Source: a virus
Virus record (IMG/VR): IMGVR_UViG_3300045988_167691
DNA length: 64,000 nucleotides
Reading direction: 5' to 3' (one strand)
Shown here: piece after piece, positions 45,647 to 54,559 of the stretch
Numbering within the stretch: position 1 is the stretch's first letter
How the letters are laid out: the number at the start of each line of letters is the position of its first letter
Position numbers and translations under genes: made by a program
Notes under the pieces: model-generated
Seen by the model: the letters and a program-made list of their open reading frames with translations, nothing else
Databases searched by the model: none
What the model was told of the DNA's origin: nothing

Positions 45647-48600
45647 TTATTTCCATCCACTTGGAACACCCTCGCAATTTGTGCCTGTAAAAGTCTGACT
45701 ATGACTTGTTACATTATTGTTCCCAGACTCCGTTATCTTTACATAATTGGATGATCCGGAAAGAATTTGAATAACAGGGACAGTTCCAAGTTTCGAGCAA
45801 CCATAAAACATTCTGTCCATATTAACCTTTCCTACACCTGCTGATGATCTATCGTATAGGGACGTGTATGAAACTGCATAGGTCTGTTCTGTTCCTAAAG
45901 AAAGATTTGTACAGTTTGCAAACATTTCAGTACAATTCAAATTACCACTGATATTCTCAAAATTGGTATCATTAAACTGATTTCCTATATCCACATTCAC
46001 AGGTCGTGCAGATGTTCCTGGTTGTCCTACATAATTCCCTGTTCTTCCAAAAGAAGTGAGTGACGTGCATCCTGCAAAGCATCTCCTAAGATTAGTAAGT
46101 GTCGTAAGATCATTAAAGAACTTAGCGGGAATTTGTTTCACACCCGTGTTCTCAAACATACTTTCTGCATTCTGCAACTTTCCATTCTTCATATTAAAAG
46201 AAGATATATCAGATAAATTCCTACAATTCGCAAACATTCTTGAAGCGTTTGTTACACTTGACGGAAGTCCCTGTCCATAAGGAATAGACAAATAAGTACA
46301 ATTCTCAAACAATGACTGCATATTTGTTGCCTTCGAAGAGTAAGAAAACATAGCGGTAGACCAGCCGTCGACAAGACTTGTACAACCGACAAAGCAACCA
46401 ACAAAAGAAACAATGTTTGTGCAATATCTGAACCATAATACCGGAAGTTCGGTTATGGCTGTGCAGCCTTGAAATGTATATTGCATATACTGTGCATTCG
46501 TTGAATTGCTAAATGGAGAACTTGTAGCTGATTGACCTCCTGTATTTTTCAAAGCCGTACATTCAAGAAATACAGCATGGAAATCTTCTGCGCCACCTCC
46601 CCTTCCAAAAGTACCATTGCCAACGCATGAAGTCAAACTCTTACAACTTCTAAACAAGGAAGAATGATAAACACATGAAGTAGGAACAAGTTGACCACTC
46701 GGGAGACTTGTAACCCCACTGCTCCAGAAAGCACCCGCACAAGAATTACCTGTCATTTTGGTAAACAAACCAGAAGGAATAGACCTAAGACTTGTGCAAT
46801 CTCTAAACCAACAGATAACACCCCCTGAAATAGAAGGAATTGTGTTTGTTGCAATCGATGAAAGACTTGTACATCCTCTAAAGGCAGAATGGTTGCCGCC
46901 GGCATCGTCCACATTATAAGTGCCAGAACTTCCCTGAATAGAAAATGATTCGGGCCACTGTTTGATTGCAGTAGCTCTTGTATGATTTCTGAAATTGGCA
47001 TACACAGTAGAAGGGTTACTTGTATTTCTACTTCCGCCTTGTACCCTTACCTCTCTCCCCACTATTTCATAAACGCCATTTGATACAGATGGCGTTTGAG
47101 GCGATCCGCTATAAGAAACGATAAGAGCTTTCCAAAGATAAAGGTAAATACTGTTCCCTCCTGCGTTCGTTGATTCATCCCCTGTCCCTACACATTCCGA
47201 ATCCGTAGCGGAAGCATACACATAACCTCCAGAAGGAGAAGAAACCGTTATCCTACCACTTCCATTTGTCTGATCTGTACCACTGTAATAAGACGATCCG
47301 TCAGGCGCGGTAGTTCTTATATTCACGGAAGCATAAGGTTGCAATACATTTTCCTTTCTAAGATAAATATAAGTTGTCGTAAGCTCATAGTCAAGGGTGA
47401 AATCTATATACGTGTCAGCTCCCGATATTGCAATATTGTTTTTCGTTTGGGATTGATAATTGTCTGCCGTACAAGTGGCATTATACGACCCTGATTGTAT
47501 TCCAGTAAGTGTAAGCTGTCCTTGTGAGTTGGTGTACCCACTCTTTCCTCCATAAGTTACGTAAGCTCGATTAATGTTATATCCATTTCGGGATTTCACT
47601 GTAATATGAGCACTGTAAGTCTTGTTAGAAACACCTACCCTTTGTTGTGGCATTGATTCCTGATTAACTGTGACAGAACCTTCCGTAGGCTGATAGTCAT
47701 AAACGGAAACTTCATATCTGTAAGTTTTCCCCATCTGCATCATAAAGGTCGTTGTACCGTCCGACCCTGTATTTTGCGTACTAAGTCCTTCTGGTTTTAC
47801 AGAAGCTCCTGAAACTGGAAGCCCTGTATCGGAATTATAAACATAGAACTGCACTCTCGTTTCTTTTCTTGGCATTGCAACATTCACCGTCTTTGGAAGG
47901 TCATTTGGTTGCACAACCCCTGTCTGGTTACTGAAATATTGCTTCGAAGCCACCCAATCATAACGCATTCTCGGAACAGAGAATTTGCTCTGTCCGTTAT
48001 TAGTCAGACCTGTTTGTTCTCCTGCACCTCCTTGATTAAGCGTTATCCTTGTACCGTTGGAAATGATACCGTTATCCTCTGTTACAACAAATGTAAGATC
48101 ATACAAGGTTTGATCCATATAGATGCTCACCACTTGATCATTTCCATTTACAGTAAATTGCTGCTCTCTGTCCTCATATTCCTCATAGGATGCTATGACA
48201 GTGTATTGTCCATTGGGAAGTTCCAACACAACACCAGAAGAATCTTCCTGCACAAAATCCTTATCGTTTACTTTCACTTTCGCACCTTCAACGACTGTTC
48301 CTCCTGCGCCATACACCTTGATAGTAGTCTTATAGGTAAGCTGTTTCAAGTCTATCGTAAGGTTCGAATTATTATAAAACTCATAGTTTTCCACATATAC
48401 CCGTTGATGATTGTTGTCGTAAAATACATCATAAGAATATTTTCCACCCAACACTCCTTCAAAAACAGCCTGCCCATTGTCAGAAGTCTGTTTTGTCAAA
48501 CCTGCAAATCTTACGGTAGCTCCATTTAAAGGCTTTTTCTCTCCTGTAAAAGTGTTGTAGTCATTCACAGCAAACGTCATGCCAAAAGTAGGCATAGGAT

Positions 48601-50593
48601 TGAAATTCACTTGTATATCCTTATTACTGTCCACAACAACATCCCCATTTACAGGAATCCAGTTTTGCTTTTCAACAAGATAAGTGTAATCACCTCCCAA
48701 TATATTCGTGAATGTCACTTTCCCATTCGTGCCCGTTCTTTTGCTTTCCGAATAAGCGACAGTATCCTCTGTTGCCAGTCTGTCCTTTGCGGTAAGTGTC
48801 ACATTTGCACCTTCCACTGCGCCAGTAGATGAATTTGTCACCGTAAATGTAATCGTATATCTTGGTATCAATATAAGCGTTACAGGTTCGGATTGATCGT
48901 CTTGTACATTGATGTTCTTCCTTATGGTATAATAATCCGTCTTGCTTACAGTATAAGGGTATAAGCCAGGAAAAGCCATAAATATGGCATTACCAGAAGA
49001 ATCCGTATGTTTAAATTCACCATTAAAAGTAACAAGGGCATTTTGTATAGGTCTTTCATTTTCGTCCTTTACAACGAACGTGACTTTTCTTTCATACACA
49101 TCTCCTTGCATTTGAATATATTCCACCTGCGTTTCTTCATCGTCTTCCAATACCTGAAACAATCTATCTTCTATATTCATGAACAAAGACTTCTCCACAT
49201 CAATAGAATAATCACCAGGATAAAGTACAATAGATGCTTCCCCGTTTCTGTCCGTCACAAGACGTTTGTCTAAAATGGAAATAGAAGCTCCTTCTATGTA
49301 AGCTCCCCTATCCGACAATACTTTGAAAATAACATTCTTCTCTTTCAAAGGCTGAATATCCTCACTACCCATTATGTTTTTGTAGGTAACAAGGTAATCT
49401 TCTGTAAATCCTTTTACTCCTTCCTCGCTTGTAAGGGAATTATTAAGATAATAAGCAGCTATCACATCCTTTTCCCCTAAATTACCTTGATAGAATGGAA
49501 GGAAAAGTGGCTTTATCTTTATATCATAAATATACACGGAAGAGGAAGGATTTGACCTGTCTTGTGTAAGACTTAATGACAAGAATTTCATTCCGTCTTT
49601 CATTTGAAGCCCTCTCCCTTTCGGGAAATTAAGCTCTAACTGCTTCGCGTATGCCCTGTTCTTTCTCGATAGAATTGCCCGGCATTCATAATACACTCCA
49701 GCTACAGGAAGTTCCAGGATTCCTTTACTGCCGGAAACAAAATTGTTGCTCTCTGCACTTCCATAAGATTCCTTGCATATCATAGGTTGAACGGCTTCGT
49801 TAAACACTTCCACACCGAATTTCAAATTTTGGTTGCTTGCGGAAGATGTTTTAACCTTAAAAGAAATCTGATAAGAAAGATTTTCTGAAATAGGAAGGAG
49901 CTTCGTTTTGTCAATTTCAGAAGAAATACCCACCAAAGCATTTCCAACGAAAGTCATTGCCTGTATAGGAGTGCCATTGTTGTCTATATCATCCACAATA
50001 ACAACACCTGTAGGGTTCACAAGTGGATAGGCATTCAAATCTTTTACGCTTTCCGTTGTCTCATACCCTTTTGTAACATTCAAAACCGTGTCTGTCCTGT
50101 TCCATGTAGGAGAGCTATGTCCCATTGTCCATCCAGTATCACGAGACATCAAAAGGGCAAATATAAACTCATCCTCCGTCTTATATCTAATAAGACGGAG
50201 AAGCTCCCCAAGTATCGCGCCTTCCTTGTTTACAATATCAAGTGTTCCTCTTTTTCTATATTCCTTCACATAATTATTGAACAGATATTTCATCTGTTCG
50301 AGTGTGTCCACTTCATCTGTCACAAGTCCTCTGTTTTCAACAAAAAGTTCAAACAGAATCTTGTTCGTATCAATCTCGTTATATTGCTTTGCATACAAGA
50401 CAACAAGCGCAAAGATATGACAGACTGTTTCCCAATACGCCTTAAAATCCTCTCCGTCCTTCTTTATAAAAGTAGGAAGAATGCCGGGAGAAGATACCTT
50501 TTCAAGTACATTCTCCGCCCATTCCATTACGGCAGGGTCATTTTCTTCAAAGAACCGTTTGAACACGGTTTTATTGTAAATTTCCTGCGACAT
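45647..50593 (-). CDS. giant tail fibre (1648 aa): carboxypeptidase-regulatory-like beta-sandwich repeats plus a C-terminal BspA-type leucine-rich repeat domain
   Basis: Repeats of the type G-x-Y-x-Y-x-V-x-K-x-x-Y (PGLYPYTVSKTDYY, GGDYTYLVEKQNW). The C-terminal array includes FRGCTSLSSI, FRDCTSLRSIP, FQGCTAITELP, FAGCTSLTSF and FYGCSKLGTVP. Confidence 0.7.
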   Translation of the reverse strand: MSQEIYNKTVFKRFFEENDPAVMEWAENVLEKVSSPGILPTFIKKDGEDFKAYWETVCHIFALVVLYAKQYNEIDTNKILFELFVENRGLVTDEVDTLEQMKYLFNNYVKEYRKRGTLDIVNKEGAILGELLRLIRYKTEDEFIFALLMSRDTGWTMGHSSPTWNRTDTVLNVTKGYETTESVKDLNAYPLVNPTGVVIVDDIDNNGTPIQAMTFVGNALVGISSEIDKTKLLPISENLSYQISFKVKTSSASNQNLKFGVEVFNEAVQPMICKESYGSAESNNFVSGSKGILELPVAGVYYECRAILSRKNRAYAKQLELNFPKGRGLQMKDGMKFLSLSLTQDRSNPSSSVYIYDIKIKPLFLPFYQGNLGEKDVIAAYYLNNSLTSEEGVKGFTEDYLVTYKNIMGSEDIQPLKEKNVIFKVLSDRGAYIEGASISILDKRLVTDRNGEASIVLYPGDYSIDVEKSLFMNIEDRLFQVLEDDEETQVEYIQMQGDVYERKVTFVVKDENERPIQNALVTFNGEFKHTDSSGNAIFMAFPGLYPYTVSKTDYYTIRKNINVQDDQSEPVTLILIPRYTITFTVTNSSTGAVEGANVTLTAKDRLATEDTVAYSESKRTGTNGKVTFTNILGGDYTYLVEKQNWIPVNGDVVVDSNKDIQVNFNPMPTFGMTFAVNDYNTFTGEKKPLNGATVRFAGLTKQTSDNGQAVFEGVLGGKYSYDVFYDNNHQRVYVENYEFYNNSNLTIDLKQLTYKTTIKVYGAGGTVVEGAKVKVNDKDFVQEDSSGVVLELPNGQYTVIASYEEYEDREQQFTVNGNDQVVSIYMDQTLYDLTFVVTEDNGIISNGTRITLNQGGAGEQTGLTNNGQSKFSVPRMRYDWVASKQYFSNQTGVVQPNDLPKTVNVAMPRKETRVQFYVYNSDTGLPVSGASVKPEGLSTQNTGSDGTTTFMMQMGKTYRYEVSVYDYQPTEGSVTVNQESMPQQRVGVSNKTYSAHITVKSRNGYNINRAYVTYGGKSGYTNSQGQLTLTGIQSGSYNATCTADNYQSQTKNNIAISGADTYIDFTLDYELTTTYIYLRKENVLQPYASVNIRTTAPDGSSYYSGTDQTNGSGRITVSSPSGGYVYASATDSECVGTGDESTNAGGNSIYLYLWKALIVSYSGSPQTPSVSNGVYEIVGREVRVQGGSRNTSNPSTVYANFRNHTRATAIKQWPESFSIQGSSGTYNVDDAGGNHSAFRGCTSLSSIATNTIPSISGGVICWFRDCTSLRSIPSGLFTKMTGNSCAGAFWSSGVTSLPSGQLVPTSCVYHSSLFRSCKSLTSCVGNGTFGRGGGAEDFHAVFLECTALKNTGGQSATSSPFSNSTNAQYMQYTFQGCTAITELPVLWFRYCTNIVSFVGCFVGCTSLVDGWSTAMFSYSSKATNMQSLFENCTYLSIPYGQGLPSSVTNASRMFANCRNLSDISSFNMKNGKLQNAESMFENTGVKQIPAKFFNDLTTLTNLRRCFAGCTSLTSFGRTGNYVGQPGTSARPVNVDIGNQFNDTNFENISGNLNCTEMFANCTNLSLGTEQTYAVSYTSLYDRSSAGVGKVNMDRMFYGCSKLGTVPVIQILSGSSNYVKITESGNNNVTSHSQTFTGTNCEGVPSGWK

Positions 50594-50610
50594 CCTTAAC
50601 TTATTAATAA

Positions 50611-51267
50611 TTAAACTTTCTCAACATATAATCCAACAAGGGCTGATAAATCATGTGTAAGAGGTTGTTCACTATTTCTTGTACATTTATATTTTATACC
50701 ATTTTGGATATAGTATTTGTCTTTGAATATTTCCATAGGTGGAATGTAAACAATAGGATCATCGATAGTTCCTTTATGTTCTTCTTCTACTACTTTCCAC
50801 AAGCTTGCAGTAGCCATAGAAGGTTTCCAGTTTTCCTGTGTTGTGTGCCCCTGGATACATTCCCAAAGAATATCATCAGATAAATATCTTTCTCCTACTT
50901 TAACAGTAATACCAGCAATCCATTCTAGATAACGATCTTTTACCTGTAAGGCTTCACTTGGAGTTAATTTATATGTATTTATATTCTTAGCTACTTCTTC
51001 ATCAAGAATGTTTAAAGCCAATATGCGACTAAAATCTCTGTTAATTACAGGTTCTTCTCCTTCCGGATAAGTCCATTCGTCGCTTGATAAAAGGTTAATA
51101 AATTCCGGATCGCTAAACGAATATCTCGGAAAATCTTCGTCACTAAATGGTAATAGCATCTCTTCGTGCAGGATCACTTTGCTTTGATCCACACTTGTTC
51201 TCATTTCGGGCAGTATTTCAATACCGTGGGACTTTACCCATAATAAATCAACAATTGCGTACACCAT
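50611..51267 (-). CDS. fibre-associated protein with a CBM5/12-like aromatic motif (tentative)
   Basis: LWECIQGHTTQENWKPSMATASLWKVV resembles the carbohydrate-binding module 5/12 signature. Confidence 0.35.
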   Translation of the reverse strand: MVYAIVDLLWVKSHGIEILPEMRTSVDQSKVILHEEMLLPFSDEDFPRYSFSDPEFINLLSSDEWTYPEGEEPVINRDFSRILALNILDEEVAKNINTYKLTPSEALQVKDRYLEWIAGITVKVGERYLSDDILWECIQGHTTQENWKPSMATASLWKVVEEEHKGTIDDPIVYIPPMEIFKDKYYIQNGIKYKCTRNSEQPLTHDLSALVGLYVEKV

Positions 51268-51269
51268 AA

Positions 51270-53285
51270 TTATTTTGCTTTTAAAGTTTGTAAATAGTTA
51301 TATGCTTTGATACAGTCGTCTTTGGAGAGGAGTTGATCGTTGTAGATGCCTAAGTTTTTTAGGGCTATTTTGGTAAAATTTGATTCATAAAAACCTAAAA
51401 ATAAACGTTTTGAAATATCAATATCACTTCCAATAGGATAAACTTTGTATTTATCCCATTTTTCATCATACACCCATCCATCAGAAGTCAAAGCGTTAAT
51501 CTTTTTACAAGAAAAAGGATAGCTTCTTAAACCCTGTTTTAAATAAATCCTCATTCCTGTTATAGCATTATAGATGTAAATTTGATTTGCTTTCAATAAT
51601 CCTGCATTATCTTTTCTATCTTCCATAAACTTCCAATCACCAACAATGGTAAATTTATCTGCGAATTGAATTGGTTTAGCACTGATTATTCCATCATCCA
51701 CCCCATCAGTAATGAGGTATCCTTCGTATTCGGGGATTTGCTCAACTAAAACATCTACTTCTTGTGAAGAATTATACCATATACCATTTGTCGAAGTTGC
51801 AGCATACTGTTTTTGGAAAGTGTATGTACCATCTTCATTAACGCTAATATATTCACCGCTTTTGTTTGCATTTCCAATAAAACAACGATCACCTTCTTTC
51901 ATGCCTGTGATACGTATCTTCCAATCAGCAGAATTAGATGTATTTAATAAAACCAAAGCATTACTGTTGTTCCCAGTTCCGATTATTCTAAATGAATCTT
52001 TTTTTACATCTGTGGGCTTAACTACATTATCTTTAAGATTAAATGAGTTGAAGTTATATGCATACAACCCATACCCACTCCCTTCTGCAAACCCAAAATT
52101 AGACAGCACAAGATCATTACCATTGCCCGTAATGTTGGCAATAGTAGCACGATCTTCGTCCTCATTGGTTTTGCCGGTGACAGTCCATGCCTGGTCGGGG
52201 AAGAGCCAGGGATAGGTTTTAACGAAGTAGTCTTTGATCTTGGTCAGCTCTTCTTCAGTGGCATCGTGGTCGAGAAATACAAGTTCCCAAATAGCAGCGT
52301 TAATACAAATTCCTACATTTCTTGTAGCTAATTTTCCAACATATAGCACATCTGTTCCTGTAAAATTACCAGTTATAATCGAAACACCATTATAACTTTT
52401 AGATGTCTGATAAGTAAGGATGTGTGGTGAATCCTTTTCACTCCCTATTGTTCCAAAAGACATCGGACGATTAAAATAATTGGTATTTACATTACGATAT
52501 TCTAACAAGAAGGCACCATCATTGAACCAATCCTTTACATTAGATACTAATCCTGAGACTATTTCACCCCTTGTAATCCACTGTCTCAACGCCACAACCG
52601 TATATCCCTTTTCTTTAGTCAGAATAGGGAAGTTATCACAGGTACCGTAATCATCTACTCCGTCAAAAACGAGTGCACCGGGGTAGAGAGGTAGTTGTTC
52701 GATGGTGATATTGCATGATTCCTGTAATTTTAAGAACCTGAATCCGTAATAAGCTTTTTTAGCTCCAAAATCAAAACTTGGTAGATGATATATACCATCA
52801 TTTTCAATTCTCATTATAACAGTTGCTTGTGTCCCATTCGAAACATATTCAATTCCTTGTCCGTCTGTTAAACCAGAAACTTTGATAGTACATGATAAAA
52901 CCCTAAATCCAGTATCACTTAGTAATGATTGATAAAATAATTGAGCTAATCCATTATCCTTTATTGATCTTGCATTAAAAGACTTATAAGTCCAAGTGAC
53001 ATCAATTCTTGATTCTACCTTATACCATTTATTACTATTATAGTTCTCTGTATATCCACCTACCCCACTCATTCCACCCCAAGCAAAATTCTTCATCTGT
53101 AAATCATGTCCATTGCCTGTAAGGTCTTTCCATACAGGGTTCTCTGCCATCTGTTCATTAGTAAGACCTAATGCTGAATACCTTGCAATCATACCAGGTA
53201 CAGATGGGAAAGGAGTTACTCCACCCCCTCCCCTAAATCTCCTAAAAGGAATTGCATTAATATTTCCTATTAAATTCATTGTCAA
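51270..53285 (-). CDS. tail fibre / receptor-binding protein with two LamG (concanavalin-like lectin) type domains
   Basis: LVFDGVDDYGTCDN and YLITDGVDDGIIS are characteristic LamG_3 strands. Confidence 0.5.
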   Translation of the reverse strand: MTMNLIGNINAIPFRRFRGGGGVTPFPSVPGMIARYSALGLTNEQMAENPVWKDLTGNGHDLQMKNFAWGGMSGVGGYTENYNSNKWYKVESRIDVTWTYKSFNARSIKDNGLAQLFYQSLLSDTGFRVLSCTIKVSGLTDGQGIEYVSNGTQATVIMRIENDGIYHLPSFDFGAKKAYYGFRFLKLQESCNITIEQLPLYPGALVFDGVDDYGTCDNFPILTKEKGYTVVALRQWITRGEIVSGLVSNVKDWFNDGAFLLEYRNVNTNYFNRPMSFGTIGSEKDSPHILTYQTSKSYNGVSIITGNFTGTDVLYVGKLATRNVGICINAAIWELVFLDHDATEEELTKIKDYFVKTYPWLFPDQAWTVTGKTNEDEDRATIANITGNGNDLVLSNFGFAEGSGYGLYAYNFNSFNLKDNVVKPTDVKKDSFRIIGTGNNSNALVLLNTSNSADWKIRITGMKEGDRCFIGNANKSGEYISVNEDGTYTFQKQYAATSTNGIWYNSSQEVDVLVEQIPEYEGYLITDGVDDGIISAKPIQFADKFTIVGDWKFMEDRKDNAGLLKANQIYIYNAITGMRIYLKQGLRSYPFSCKKINALTSDGWVYDEKWDKYKVYPIGSDIDISKRLFLGFYESNFTKIALKNLGIYNDQLLSKDDCIKAYNYLQTLKAK

Positions 53286-53294
53286 TTCCTTTCC

Positions 53295-53621
53295 TTAAAA
53301 ACCTATACTAAGATTGGTTGCCGTTGTCCCTTCTTTCAAAATCTTCTGAACCATGTACATGAGTGGCATTCCTATATTTGCACTCACTTCCGCTTCCGAA
53401 ATGGTATATTCCATTCCACCTGAAAGGATTACCTTAATTGCCCCTTCGGAAAGAGGAATAACTACAAACGGAACTTCTTGTCCGTTTTGGTCAATCAGCA
53501 CAATATCTTCTTCAATTGTGGCAAAATTCCATGCACTGCTGATTAAAGAAGGTGCTGCTTCACCATTAGTAGTTATCAGCTTATTGGAATTAGCTGTTAC
53601 TGTTCTTTTAACTATATCCAT
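53295..53621 (-). CDS. hypothetical protein, 108 aa, next to the invertible segment
   Basis: ORF only. No recombinase motifs. Confidence 0.45.
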   Translation of the reverse strand: MDIVKRTVTANSNKLITTNGEAAPSLISSAWNFATIEEDIVLIDQNGQEVPFVVIPLSEGAIKVILSGGMEYTISEAEVSANIGMPLMYMVQKILKEGTTATNLSIGF

Positions 53622-53685
53622 GATTATGAAATTTTTAAACGTTTAAAACAAAGTATATACTTACCCACAAAAATAACCTTTCTTT

Positions 53686-54504
53686 TTGAGAAAATACAAA
53701 ACCTACCTTCTTTTCTTTCGCCAATCCAATTACCAATTAGATACATCATACAAATACGTTTCCCTTTTGATAGTTGGAAGGGGAGGTTACGGTAAAGATA
53801 CCGACAATGCTCCAAATGCGCCTGAATGGTATGGAGGTTGCATGGGTGGAGACAGTGCAATTGTTGCTTATCAGAAGAATTTTATAATAAGTCAATCTAT
53901 AGACGGAATGTGGAGATATGAAACTATAGATTTCAGAAAATCAATATCAGGAAACATGGGTCTTTACGTAAAATTTGTGTGTTATGGCTCTACATATGAA
54001 GTGTTTTTGGGCGATCAAAAAAATGGACAAGAACATAGAGATACATATTGGTTTTTCAAAGTGAACGGGCAAGGAAATCTTTCGCCGTTCATTTATGGTA
54101 GAAACGAAGGAGGTCTCGCAACACCTGAATTGGTTGCAGGAGCAGGAGGAAGTAGCAGTAGCGGACAGTATAGTACATCTATTTCTGGTATGAAATACGG
54201 TGGGGTAGGTGGAGATGGAAGATATGGCAATCAAGGTCCAGAGTATAATTCAGGACTAAAAGCTGATTCTACTATCCCTGTTCAATCTATTTTTGGAGGT
54301 ACAGGGTACGGAGCAGGGAGTTATTTCGCTTCAACCGACAACTGCAAAGCCGGCGGCGCGGGAGGTTATGGAGATGGAAGTATGAACGGCAGAGCTGGAT
54401 ATGGTGCTGGCGGAACAGCTTTCAAAATATCTTCATCTTCAACTGATTTTTATAATGAAGGCAACGGGATTGTCTGCTTGTATTATCATAACAACCCTCT
54501 GTAA
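53686..54504 (+). CDS. silent alternative tail-fibre C-terminal cassette (no ATG, no promoter; paralogue of the last 280 aa of the 2297-aa fibre)
   Basis: The track start is a TTG. The sequence begins with the IR-encoded peptide. It shares IPVQSIFGGT, Gly-rich tracts and a C-x-YYHN-x-P terminus with the expressed tip. Confidence 0.7.
   Translation: MRKYKTYLLFFRQSNYQLDTSYKYVSLLIVGRGGYGKDTDNAPNAPEWYGGCMGGDSAIVAYQKNFIISQSIDGMWRYETIDFRKSISGNMGLYVKFVCYGSTYEVFLGDQKNGQEHRDTYWFFKVNGQGNLSPFIYGRNEGGLATPELVAGAGGSSSSGQYSTSISGMKYGGVGGDGRYGNQGPEYNSGLKADSTIPVQSIFGGTGYGAGSYFASTDNCKAGGAGGYGDGSMNGRAGYGAGGTAFKISSSSTDFYNEGNGIVCLYYHNNPL
53721..53787 (+). repeat. 67-bp inverted repeat, left arm
   Basis: Exact reverse complement of 55340-55406, checked base by base. 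Confidence 0.95.
54277..54303 (+). repeat. inner inverted repeat, left arm (25/27 match)
   Basis: cctgttcaatctatttttggaggtaca compared with the reverse complement of 54794-54820. Encodes PVQSIFGGT in both cassettes. Confidence 0.8.
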
Positions 54505-54514
54505 ACAAAAAGAA

Positions 54515-54543
54515 AAGGGAGAGTGAAAAATATGCTCTCCCTT
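54515..54543. terminator. hairpin between the two convergent cassettes
   Basis: aagggagag / ctctccctt form a 9-bp stem with an 11-nt loop. A T-tract (TTCTTTTTGTTT) follows only on the - sense side. Confidence 0.55.
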
Positions 54544-54559
54544 AATGATTCTCAACAAG

